Assembly (NCBI GenBank): GCA_037440005.1
Contig: JBBIUY010000025.1
Location: 1-43,893, forward strand
Length of the DNA stretch: 43,893 bases
Direction of reading: 5' to 3'
Source of the DNA: Armatimonadota bacterium
Lineage (GTDB): Bacteria; Sysuimicrobiota; Sysuimicrobiia; Sysuimicrobiales; Kaftiobacteriaceae
The notes under the pieces were generated by a model. That model saw only the letters and a list, made by a program, of their open reading frames with translations. It made no database searches and was not told where the DNA came from. Position 1 is the first letter of the stretch, and the number at the start of each line of letters is the position of its first letter. The position numbers and the translations under genes were made by a program. Of the stretch, positions 10,302 through 18,480 are shown piece by piece.

Positions 10302-11708
10302 CTAGTCCTCCCAGAACCCCCGCACCAGCCCCCGCCGGCGCAGGATCGCCCGCAGGCCCAGCAGGGCGGTGTAGGTGGGGAGCACGTACACGCAGCCGTC
10401 CGCAGCCGCCTGAACCGCCGCCTCCCACGCCGCCTCCAGGTCGGGCTGCACCACCAGGTGCATCTGGGGAATGCCGGCGTACTTGAGGCGCAGCGCCATG
10501 TCGTACGCGCGCAACCCGCTGACCACCACCAGGCCCACCCGGCCGGCCAGCATCTCCGCGTCCACGTCCCACAGCCAGGAGACGTCCCGCCCGTCGGCGG
10601 TGAGGTCGTTGATGGCCACCAGCAGGACCGGCTCCCGCCCGCCGACGGAGCGCGGGTGGAGGACCGTCCGCAGCACCTCGTTGAAGCCGGCGGGGTTCTT
10701 CGCCAGCAGCAGGACGGCCTCCCGACCGTCCACCCGCACCCGCTCGGCGCGGCCGAACGCCGGCCGGAACTCCTCCACGGCCCGGGCGATCACGTCCACC
10801 GGCACCTCCAGCCGCAGGCACGCCGCCGCCGCGGCCAGGACGTTGTGCACGTTGTACAGGCCCGGCAGAACCGTCCGCACCCGCCGGTCCCCCTCCGGCG
10901 TGGACAGGGTGAACGCGGTCCCCTCCAGGCCCCGCAGCTCCACGTCGCGGGCCGCCACCACCGGCGCCGGCCGCTCGATCCCGCACCGGGGGCAGCGGTA
11001 CTGGCCCATGTGGCCGAAGTACACCACCTCGTACCGGTAGGGCCGGCCGCAGCGGTAGCAGTAGCGGGCGTCGGCCGCGTGCTCCAGGACCGCGGTCCCG
11101 CAGGAGACATCGGCGATCCCGAAGGGTATCTGCAGCCCGCGGACCTCCCGCCCCACGTCGGCCACCAGAGGGTCGTCGGCGTTGTAGACCACCGCCGCGC
11201 CCCCGGCCTGCTCCGCCAGGGCCTCCCGCCACCGGGACGAGAGCAGGTCGATCTCGCCGTAGCGGTCCAGCTGGTCCCGGAACAGGTTGAGGAGGACGGC
11301 CACCCGGGGGCGCAGGGAGGTCTGCAGGGCCGGCAGGGTCGCCTCGTCCACCTCGAAGACGCCCGCCCGGTCCTCCGGCCGGTCCCCTGGGGCCACCCGC
11401 TCCACCAGGGCGGCGGCCACTCCCGCGGCCAGGTTGGCGCCGGCGCGGTTGTGGACCACCGCGATCCCCGCACGGGCGAGGATGTGGCCGACCAGCCGCG
11501 CCGTGGTGGTCTTGCCGTTGGTGCCGGTGACCACCACGCACCCGCGGCCCAGGCGCGCGGCCAGGCGGGAGACCACCTCCGGGTGCAGGACGCGGGCCAC
11601 GCGCCCCGGCACGGTGGTCCCGCCCCCCAGGCGCAGCCACCGGCTGAGGGACGCGGCGAGCCTCCCCGCGGCCACCGCCGCCGCCAGGCGGACGCCATCC
11701 CACCCCAC
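10302..11708 (-). CDS. murT: Mur-ligase-family MurT subunit (DUF1727 C-terminus)
   Basis: GTNGKTTT P-loop, NLFRDQLDRYGE, CYRC...CPRC zinc finger, KNPAG and DGRDVSWLWD. Confidence 0.92.
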   Translation of the reverse strand: MGWDGVRLAAAVAAGRLAASLSRWLRLGGGTTVPGRVARVLHPEVVSRLAARLGRGCVVVTGTNGKTTTARLVGHILARAGIAVVHNRAGANLAAGVAAALVERVAPGDRPEDRAGVFEVDEATLPALQTSLRPRVAVLLNLFRDQLDRYGEIDLLSSRWREALAEQAGGAAVVYNADDPLVADVGREVRGLQIPFGIADVSCGTAVLEHAADARYCYRCGRPYRYEVVYFGHMGQYRCPRCGIERPAPVVAARDVELRGLEGTAFTLSTPEGDRRVRTVLPGLYNVHNVLAAAAACLRLEVPVDVIARAVEEFRPAFGRAERVRVDGREAVLLLAKNPAGFNEVLRTVLHPRSVGGREPVLLVAINDLTADGRDVSWLWDVDAEMLAGRVGLVVVSGLRAYDMALRLKYAGIPQMHLVVQPDLEAAWEAAVQAAADGCVYVLPTYTALLGLRAILRRRGLVRGFWED

Positions 11709-11852
11709 GGGAGGTTCATTCCCCGCGCCCCCGAAGGATGCCTTGTGACACGACTGTGCGGATCCCGGGGTAGAGTCTCCGCGGGAGGCTAGAGGAGGAA
11801 CGGGGCGGGCATAGGGTTAATACAGCCTCACCCGGCGGCGCCGCCGCGGCTT

Positions 11853-11881
11853 TTGACGCTGTCGGGGCGAGGGGGTATAAT
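11853..11881 (+). promoter_or_regulatory. Sigma-70 promoter TTGACG-N17-TATAAT for the DUF151 gene
   Basis: Near-consensus hexamers, 17 nt spacer, followed by GGAGG RBS and GTG 11909. Confidence 0.85.
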
Positions 11882-11908
11882 GAAGGCCGCGACGAGGGAG
11901 GCTGTGCT

Positions 11909-12385
11909 GTGGTCCTGATGAAGGTGCGCGGTGTCGCCCTCGACCAGCAGATGAACCCCGTGGTGCTGCTGGTCGACCAGGCGGAGACCATGGCGCTGCC
12001 CATCTGGATCGGGCAGGCCGAAGCCACGGCGATCGCCATGGAACTGCAGGGCGTCAAACCCCCGCGTCCGATGACCCACGATTTGCTGCGCTCCATCCTC
12101 CGGGCTCTGTCGGCCATCGTGACCCGGGTGGTGGTCACCGAGGTCCGGGACAGCACCTACTTCGCCGAGATCCACCTGGCGGCCAACGGCACGCCGGTGG
12201 TGGTGGACTCGCGGCCCAGCGACGCCATCGCCCTGGCCCTGCGGGCGGAGGCGCCCATCTTCGTCACCCCCCAGGTGGCCGAGCAGGCCATCGCCCTGAA
12301 GAAGCCGCTGGACCAGGAGATGGAAGAGTTCCGCAAGTTCCTCGAGAAGGTCAAGCCCTCCGACTTCAAGGGAACCGTGCACTGA
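11909..12385 (+). CDS. Bifunctional nuclease family protein (DUF151)
   Basis: [31 protein letters not shown]. Confidence 0.92.
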   Translation: MVLMKVRGVALDQQMNPVVLLVDQAETMALPIWIGQAEATAIAMELQGVKPPRPMTHDLLRSILRALSAIVTRVVVTEVRDSTYFAEIHLAANGTPVVVDSRPSDAIALALRAEAPIFVTPQVAEQAIALKKPLDQEMEEFRKFLEKVKPSDFKGTVH

Positions 12386-12458
12386 CCGGGCAACCGGCCC
12401 GCCGGCCCGGGCGCCGGGGCGCAGGGAGAGGCCGGCGCCGCGGCCGAATTCCCCCGGC

Positions 12459-13196
12459 GTGGAGTTCGTCGGCAAGACCGCCCTCGTCACCGGCGGCAGC
12501 CGCGGCATCGGCCGCGCCATCGCCGCCGCCCTCGCCCGGGAGGGGGCGGCGGTGGCGGTGGGGTATCTGCGGCACGCCGCCGAGGCCGACGCCGTGGCTG
12601 AGGCCCTGCGCCGGTCGGGGCGGCGGGCCCTGGCCGTGCGCGCCGACGTCTCCCGCCCCGAGGAGGCGGCGGCGCTGGTGGCCGCCGTCCTGGACCGGTG
12701 GGGGCGGCTGGACGTCCTGGTGAACAACGCCGGGATCACCATCCGCGCCCCCCTGGACCAGGTCACCCCCGCCGACTGGGACGCGGTGCTGGCCACCAAC
12801 CTCACCGGCGCGTTTCTGTGCAGCCAGGCGGCCGCCCCGGCCCTGCGGGAGTCCGAGGGCGCCATCGTCAACGTGGCGAGCATCCGGGGGCTGGTGGGCG
12901 GCAGCGCCCCCGCCTACGCCGCCAGCAAGGGGGGACTGATCGCCCTCACCAAGACCCTGGCCCGGGCGCTGGCCCCCCGGGTGCGGGTCAACGCGGTCGC
13001 CCCCGGGTACACCGAGACCGCCCTGCACGCGGGCCTCAGCGTGGAGGAACGCGAGAGGATTGTCCGCCGGATCCCGGTGGGCCGGTTCGCCGAGCCCGAG
13101 GAGGTGGCCCGGGCGGTCCTGTTCCTGGCCTCTCCCCGGGCCAGCTACATCACCGGGCAGACCCTGGTGGTGGACGGCGGGCTGACCATGTGGTGA
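12459..13196 (+). CDS. Short-chain dehydrogenase/reductase (FabG-like)
   Basis: [35 protein letters not shown]. Confidence 0.92.
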   Translation: MEFVGKTALVTGGSRGIGRAIAAALAREGAAVAVGYLRHAAEADAVAEALRRSGRRALAVRADVSRPEEAAALVAAVLDRWGRLDVLVNNAGITIRAPLDQVTPADWDAVLATNLTGAFLCSQAAAPALRESEGAIVNVASIRGLVGGSAPAYAASKGGLIALTKTLARALAPRVRVNAVAPGYTETALHAGLSVEERERIVRRIPVGRFAEPEEVARAVLFLASPRASYITGQTLVVDGGLTMW

Positions 13197-13211
13197 CTGT
13201 CCTCTGACTGC

Positions 13212-13414
13212 GTTGAAGGTTGAAGGTTGGAGGTTGAAGGTTGGAGCCCCCTCACCCTGGCCCTCTCCCCCTGCCGGGGGAGAGGGGACCTCTTGGGGGT
13301 GTCGCGCTGACTGCGCTGGAGAAGGTTGGAGCCCCCTCACCCTGGCCCTCTCCCCCTGCCGGGGGAGAGGGGACCTCTTGGGGGTGTCGCGCTGAGTGCG
13401 TTGAAGGTTGAAGG
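13212..13414. repeat. Two identical 75-bp units (13236-13310, 13321-13395) each with an 11-bp perfect hairpin, flanked by GTTGAAG/GTTGGAG heptamers
   Basis: Units match base for base; stem CCCTCTCCCCC-tgcc-GGGGGAGAGGG (13261-13286 and 85 bp downstream). Lies between convergent genes. Confidence 0.9.
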
Positions 13415-13466
13415 GAGATACCGCGGTCGCGCGGTCGGGCGGTCGCGTTTCCGCGTCTCCGTCCGC

Positions 13467-14621
13467 TCACACCGTGCTGAGCCCCCGCCGGTCGTAGGTG
13501 TAGACCTTGCCCGCCGTCCGCAGCTTCACCGGGTTGCGCCACAGGCCGTAGACGGCGCGCAGGAACAGCCCAACCCGCTTGGGGTCCAGCCGCCGGTCCT
13601 CCTCGGGGTGGACCAGGACCAGCTCCCGGGGGGTGGAGGCGGGGTCCACCTCGATGTGGGGTTCCCCCTTGTACAGCTTCTGGGCGATGAGCATGTCTTT
13701 GACCTGCTGCAGGTCGTAACTCTTCTGGCGGTCCTTGGGGTCGTAGACGAACAGGTCCAGCCGGCGCACCAGATCCTCGGTGAGGATCTCATCGATGAAC
13801 CGGATGTCCTCGTAGTAGGTGCGGATCTGCAGGGCCGCCTCGAACCCCCGCTCCTGCTTGACCCGCCGGAACAGGGCGTAGCCGATGGTGTAGGGCGCGG
13901 GGCGATTGGACAGCTGGACGCTCAGGGTGGCCCACGCCGGGGTGTCCAGGATGTCCCGCAGCAGCTCGGCTTCCACGAAGGTGGCCCACCCCTCGTTGAT
14001 GATGTGGGTCCGCTGGATGAGGTCGAAGTACTCGGACTCCTCCCGGATCATCTGCAGGGTGTGGCGCTCCCAGGGCTCCAAGGGCGCCTTCTCCTCCAGG
14101 TAGTAGATCAGCCGCTTGCGCCGCTCGGCGGGGTTGCGCTCGAAGGCGTTCACGGTGTTGGCCACGGTCAGCAGGGCGTCCAGCAGCCCCTCCACCCGGT
14201 CCCGGCCGTACTGCTCCTCGTACTTGCGGATCTGCCGGGCGTGGCGCTCCGCCTCGTTGAGCATGTTCTTGTTGGACTTGGCGAACCAGTGGTTGTTCCG
14301 GAAGAAGTCCACGTGGCCGAAGACGTGGGCGATGACCAGCACGTTCTGCAGGTACGTGTTGGCGCGCCGCAGGAAGGCGTAGGACGGACGGGTGTTCAGG
14401 ACCAGCTCCAGGATGCTGAACAGTTCCTTGTTCTGCTGCACCACCAGCTCCTTGTAGGCGCCGCCCCAGTACCAGTGGATGAACCGGTTGGGCAGGCCCA
14501 TGCTGGCCACCTCCGCGATCTCGTCGCTGTCGGTGAGGCGGAAGTAGACCGGGTCGAAGGACAGGCCCCGCCGGCGGGCTAGGGTCTCGATGCGCTCGAT
14601 GATGTCCCGGTAGGCGTCCAC
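13467..14621 (-). CDS. spoVR: SpoVR/YcgB family protein
   Basis: GLPNRFIHWYWG, ELVLN..PSYAFL, VIAHVFGHVDFFRNN, IINEGWATF; GTG 14621 with GGAGG RBS. Confidence 0.9.
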   Translation of the reverse strand: MDAYRDIIERIETLARRRGLSFDPVYFRLTDSDEIAEVASMGLPNRFIHWYWGGAYKELVVQQNKELFSILELVLNTRPSYAFLRRANTYLQNVLVIAHVFGHVDFFRNNHWFAKSNKNMLNEAERHARQIRKYEEQYGRDRVEGLLDALLTVANTVNAFERNPAERRKRLIYYLEEKAPLEPWERHTLQMIREESEYFDLIQRTHIINEGWATFVEAELLRDILDTPAWATLSVQLSNRPAPYTIGYALFRRVKQERGFEAALQIRTYYEDIRFIDEILTEDLVRRLDLFVYDPKDRQKSYDLQQVKDMLIAQKLYKGEPHIEVDPASTPRELVLVHPEEDRRLDPKRVGLFLRAVYGLWRNPVKLRTAGKVYTYDRRGLSTV

Positions 14622-15757
14622 GGCTGGCCTCCGGTCCGGTCCCGCCGCAGGCAGGTCAGAAACTGCCCCAGGGTGGCGCGGATGGCGTCGGCGTCGGTCA
14701 GGTTGGCGAACACCACCCGGGGCAGGCGGCGGGCCGCCTCCTGGACGTACTCGGAGAACCCGCCCACCCCCCGCCCGCCGGGGTTCACGTGGCCGTAGCA
14801 CACCAGGTCGAAGCGGCCCAGGGCCTCCTCGAACCGGCGCTTGGCCAGGTCGAAGTCTCCGCTGCTGGTCTCCCCGTCGGTGAACAGGAACAGGAACCGG
14901 TCGTGCTCGGTCACGCCCTGCAGGAGCTCCATGGCCTTCTCGAACCCGGCGGAGATGTGGGTGCCGCCGCTGCTCTCCACGCAGAAGAACTCGTCCCGGG
15001 TCTTCTCCTCGGCCACGTCCTGGAACACCACGTACCGGCGCAGGTTGGTCGGGTAGCGGCGCTCCAGGTAGTACCACAGGACGAAGATGGTCTTGCGCAC
15101 CAGGGCCAGGTACTCGCCGCGCATGGACCCCGAGATGTCCAGCACGTACACCTCCACCGACCGGTGGTTCTCGTAGGCGGAGGGGTCCTCGACGAAGTAC
15201 CACCCGTCCTGGGCCAGCTCCACGTCGTACTCGGCCCGGCCGCGCTCCCGGATGGCGCGCAGCAGCGCGTGGAGCATGGTCTCCTCCAGGTTCAGGTCCG
15301 GCCGCAGGCCGATCCGGTCCAGGTCGTCCAGCTCGGGCAGGGCGTCGGTCCGCACCTCGCCCGAGCGGGACGGCTCGTGGAACACCGGCAGCTGGATCTC
15401 CTCCAGCAGCACCTCCTGGGCCAGGCGGACGAACTCGTCGAAGTCCAGCTCCACCCGCACCTCGCGGCCGTGGTGGTCGCCGCCCAGCAGCCCGCCCAGG
15501 ACCTGGATCTCGTCGTCGCCTGCCGGACCGCCCCCGGCGGCCCCGCCCCGCCCGCCCTGCCCGCCCCCCCGGGCCAGGACCGGGGAGTCCTCGCCGTACT
15601 TGAGCCGGGGCAGGTCCAGGGTGGTGATGGGCGTCTTGACCTTGCCGTCCACGATGAGCTCTTTCTGCTGGATGAGCTCGTGGAGGTGCTGCTTGAGGTA
15701 CTCCCGCAGCAGCTGGTCGTGCTTGTACTGGGCGATGCGCCCCCGGTGAATCCTCAC
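14579..15757 (-). CDS. YeaH/YhbH (DUF444) family vWA-domain protein
   Basis: Gly-rich linker, MIDAS-like LDISGSM, ESSGGT, FTDGE; sits between prkA and spoVR. Start GTG 15757 inferred. Confidence 0.88.
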   Translation of the reverse strand: MRIHRGRIAQYKHDQLLREYLKQHLHELIQQKELIVDGKVKTPITTLDLPRLKYGEDSPVLARGGGQGGRGGAAGGGPAGDDEIQVLGGLLGGDHHGREVRVELDFDEFVRLAQEVLLEEIQLPVFHEPSRSGEVRTDALPELDDLDRIGLRPDLNLEETMLHALLRAIRERGRAEYDVELAQDGWYFVEDPSAYENHRSVEVYVLDISGSMRGEYLALVRKTIFVLWYYLERRYPTNLRRYVVFQDVAEEKTRDEFFCVESSGGTHISAGFEKAMELLQGVTEHDRFLFLFTDGETSSGDFDLAKRRFEEALGRFDLVCYGHVNPGGRGVGGFSEYVQEAARRLPRVVFANLTDADAIRATLGQFLTCLRRDRTGGQPWTPTGTSSSASRP

Positions 15758-15771
15758 CGCCGGCCGCCCCC

Positions 15772-17427
15772 TCAGACGCTGCGCCCGATCACCTTGAACA
15801 GCGACCGGGCGCACACGTCGCAGTAGCCGTACTGGGCCACGGCGCTGCGGTACAGCAGGCCCAGCAGCTCCTGCCCGGTGTGGTCCAGCTCCTCGCTCTT
15901 CTCGTACAGCCGCAGCAGGTTCTTGATCTTGTTGAAGACGATCTCGTTGATGACCGGCCGCAGGTGCTCGTTGTCCTTGTAGCTCATGCGCGCCAGTTCG
16001 TCCTTGCGCTCCAGCAGCACGTTCTCGAAGGCCACCCGCCCCTGGCGGCTGATCTGCCGCTTGGCCACCATGATCCCCTCCACCTCCTCCACCAGCTCCT
16101 TCTCGGTGGGGGACAGGGGCTCGCCGGCCACGTTGCGGGACGCGGCCTCCAGGTAGTTCAGGTACAGGTTCTGACCGTAGTCGTAGAAGTGGGTGGGAAC
16201 GATCTCCTCGACGATGAGGTCCACCTTGCGGTTGATGAACTCCACCTTGGTCTCCTCGAACTGCTTGAGCAGCTCCTTGAGGTTGAGGTCCTTCATGGAC
16301 TGGTGCTCAAAGGTCCGCTCGATGGCCGCGGCGATGGTGTCCAGGTCGATGCACCGCCCGGCTAGGGTGTAGGCGTAGGAGAAGGCGTCCTCGAAAAACC
16401 GCGGGGACAGGCCCCGCAGCCCCTGGGAGTCCTCCCGGGTCTTGAGGGCGTAGCGGGCGGCCAGTTCGTAGACGTCTTCGGGGACGTGCTTCTCCTCCCC
16501 CCGGATGCGGTTCGCCCGCTCGATGAGGGTCTTGTAGATCTTCTTCTCGCCCTCCAGGTCCACGTTGTAGGGGAAGTCGATCTTGTGGATGCGCCCCCGC
16601 AGGGGCTCCATGATGTCCTCGGAGAGGAACACCAGGTACTCGGGGTAGTTGCTGTGCCCGATGACCACCTCGTCCACGTGGACCGTGGGGAAGTTGGCCA
16701 GGTCGATGCGCTTGGACTGGATCAGCTCCAGGAGCAGGGACAGCAGCTGGCGGCGGCTCTTGAACACCTCCGTCCAGTCCAGGATCCCCCGGTTGGCCCA
16801 GATGATCTTGCCCTCGAAGTCGTAGGCCTCGGGGTCGTAGGTGGAGCCCCGCTCCTTGAGCATGGCGAAGTTGATGTTGCCCACGAAGTTGGTGATGTCT
16901 TCCCGGCGCAGGTCGGTGGGGGTGTGCTTGGCCACTCCGATCTTGTCCCGGGCGGAGATGTAGATGCGCTCCACCGGCACCCGCTTCCACCCACCGTGGC
17001 GGGCGATGAGCCGGTCGCACACCGGGCAGGGCACCGCCTCCTCGTGCCAGGCGACGTGGTAGTCCTCCCGGACCTCCGGCGGCACCAGGTCGAAGGGGTG
17101 CTGGTGGAACGGGCACCCGGCCACGGCGTACAGGGCCCCGTCGGCGGTGCGGGAGTACTCCTCCAGCTTGCGCTTGAGGCGGTCCACCGTCATGGACTTG
17201 CCCGACCCCTGGGGGCCCACCAGCAGGAGCAGGCGGCGCTCCATGGACAGGGAGTGGGCCCGGAAGTAGGCCACGATGGCGTCCAGCTGCTTCTCCATGC
17301 CGTAGATGCCCTCGAAGACCCGGTCCCGGCCGTAGTACTCGATCATGTCGGAGATGTAGTGGTGGGTGGTGCGCCGCAGCCTCCGGTCATGGCGCGCCTC
17401 CTGCAGGTACTCGTACACGGTGTTCAT
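15772..17427 (-). CDS. prkA: PrkA/YeaG family AAA+ ATPase / serine kinase
   Basis: IYGMEKQL, Walker A GPQGSGKS, CPFHQHP, ANRGIL, GHSNYPEY, GLSPRF. Confidence 0.9.
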   Translation of the reverse strand: MNTVYEYLQEARHDRRLRRTTHHYISDMIEYYGRDRVFEGIYGMEKQLDAIVAYFRAHSLSMERRLLLLVGPQGSGKSMTVDRLKRKLEEYSRTADGALYAVAGCPFHQHPFDLVPPEVREDYHVAWHEEAVPCPVCDRLIARHGGWKRVPVERIYISARDKIGVAKHTPTDLRREDITNFVGNINFAMLKERGSTYDPEAYDFEGKIIWANRGILDWTEVFKSRRQLLSLLLELIQSKRIDLANFPTVHVDEVVIGHSNYPEYLVFLSEDIMEPLRGRIHKIDFPYNVDLEGEKKIYKTLIERANRIRGEEKHVPEDVYELAARYALKTREDSQGLRGLSPRFFEDAFSYAYTLAGRCIDLDTIAAAIERTFEHQSMKDLNLKELLKQFEETKVEFINRKVDLIVEEIVPTHFYDYGQNLYLNYLEAASRNVAGEPLSPTEKELVEEVEGIMVAKRQISRQGRVAFENVLLERKDELARMSYKDNEHLRPVINEIVFNKIKNLLRLYEKSEELDHTGQELLGLLYRSAVAQYGYCDVCARSLFKVIGRSV

Positions 17428-17457
17428 CTCGCCTCACGCTCCGGAACCGGCGGTCCT

Positions 17458-17728
17458 GTCGGGCGCCGGTGCCTGTGTGCATGCCCGCCCCGCGGCGTCC
17501 CCAGTCGTCCGCCGGCGGCGGGGAGGCCGGAAAACGCGCAGACCCAGCGAGGTGCCGCTGGGTCTGTCCTCATGCCTGCCTCCACCGCGTCTTCGGGCGG
17601 CGCCATGGCGGGCCGCGTGCGCTCCTGGGTGGGTGCGGCGACGGTAACGGTGCGTCCGCGCGTCACAGGACGGCCCGGAGGAGCCTGCGCTCCTCCGCCG
17701 CGGCCGTGGCACCCGTCCGACTGATTTA
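17458..17728 (-). ncRNA. Candidate structured 5' leader / cis-regulatory RNA of the prkA operon
   Basis: About 300 nt between a strong promoter and prkA, with nested helices and a terminator-like stem. No known family recognised. Confidence 0.45.
17531..17566 (-). terminator. Terminator-like hairpin in the prkA leader
   Basis: Perfect 11-bp stem (17539-17549 / 17556-17566), 6-nt loop, then CGCGTTTT on the minus strand; the U-tract is short and offset. Confidence 0.5.
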
Positions 17729-17734
17729 GTGGTG

Positions 17735-17763
17735 AGTATACCGGCCCGCCCCCGGCGTGTCAA
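17735..17763 (-). promoter_or_regulatory. Sigma-70 promoter TTGACA-N17-TATACT for the prkA leader and operon
   Basis: Consensus -35, near-consensus -10, 17 nt spacer; the -35 contains the stop codon of the upstream regulator gene. Confidence 0.85.
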
Positions 17764-18473
17764 ACACCGGCGGACGCCCTCCGGGCCGGGGAGGTGGCCG
17801 ACGAGCGCCCGCGGGCGACCCCGGGGGACAGTTCGGGCATCACGGAGACGGCCCGGGCCTGCTCGCGGCTCACCCGGGCCGGGGTGCGGCCGACCCGCAC
17901 CTCCACCGACCCGTCGGCCTCCACCTTCTCCACCCGCACCGCCACCCCGGGCAGCAGCCCCTGCTGCGTCAGCGACCGCAGCACCGCGGGGTCGCCGTCG
18001 CTGACGCGCGCCACCACGCCCCGCTGACCCGCGGCCAGGTCGGCCAGCAGGGGGTGGCGTTCGTCGCGCAGCGCGCCCTCGCGGGTGGGGATCGGGTCGC
18101 CGTGGGGGTCGTGGGTGGGGTCGCCCAGCGAGCGCGCGATGTGTTCTTCCAGGTCCTCGGAGATCACGTGCTCCAGCCGCTCCGCCTCCGCATCCACCCG
18201 GTCCAGCGCCACGCCCAGCCGGGCCAGCAACAGCTCCAGCAGCCGGTGGTGGCGGATCACCTCCAGGGCCACCCGCTCGCCCGCGGGGGTGAGGCGCACG
18301 CCCCGGTAGGGGGTGTGCTCCACCAGCCCCAGGCGCGCCAACTTCTTGACCATGCTGGTGGCCGACGCCGGCGCCACCTGCAGCCGGCGGGCGAGGTCGC
18401 AGGTGGTCACCCCGCCGTCCCGGCGCAGCTTGTAGATGGCCTTGAGGTAGTCCTGCACCGCCTGGGTGAGCAT
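17760..18473 (-). CDS. DtxR/MntR family metal-dependent repressor with C-terminal FeoA/SH3-like domain
   Basis: QDYLKAIY, ASATSMVKKL, RHHRLLE, EAERLEH, DPHGDPIP. Start ATG 18473 or GTG 18479. Confidence 0.93.
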   Translation of the reverse strand: MLTQAVQDYLKAIYKLRRDGGVTTCDLARRLQVAPASATSMVKKLARLGLVEHTPYRGVRLTPAGERVALEVIRHHRLLELLLARLGVALDRVDAEAERLEHVISEDLEEHIARSLGDPTHDPHGDPIPTREGALRDERHPLLADLAAGQRGVVARVSDGDPAVLRSLTQQGLLPGVAVRVEKVEADGSVEVRVGRTPARVSREQARAVSVMPELSPGVARGRSSATSPARRASAGV

Positions 18474-18480
18474 GGCCACG

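Noticed and set aside
9532..11703. 723 aa ORF as a MurT-GatD fusion or frameshift
   Set aside because: The N-terminal part is an off-frame shadow of murT; murT has its own stop at 10302 and gatD its own ATG at 10278.
13212..13414. CRISPR array
   Set aside because: Only two 75-bp units with a 10-bp gap, no unique spacers and no cas genes in the window.
15520..15575. G/C-run low-complexity tract as a DNA repeat
   Set aside because: It encodes the Gly-rich linker normal for YeaH/YhbH proteins.
13467..17427. Evidence of sporulation
   Set aside because: The prkA-yeaH-spoVR triad is also present in non-sporulating bacteria such as E. coli.
17428..17730. Known RNA families (SRP, tmRNA, RNase P, T-box, cobalamin, SAM-I, glycine, yybP-ykoY, c-di-AMP, c-di-GMP)
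   Set aside because: I could not find their signature sequences by eye; an Rfam scan is still needed, and 6S RNA is not excluded.
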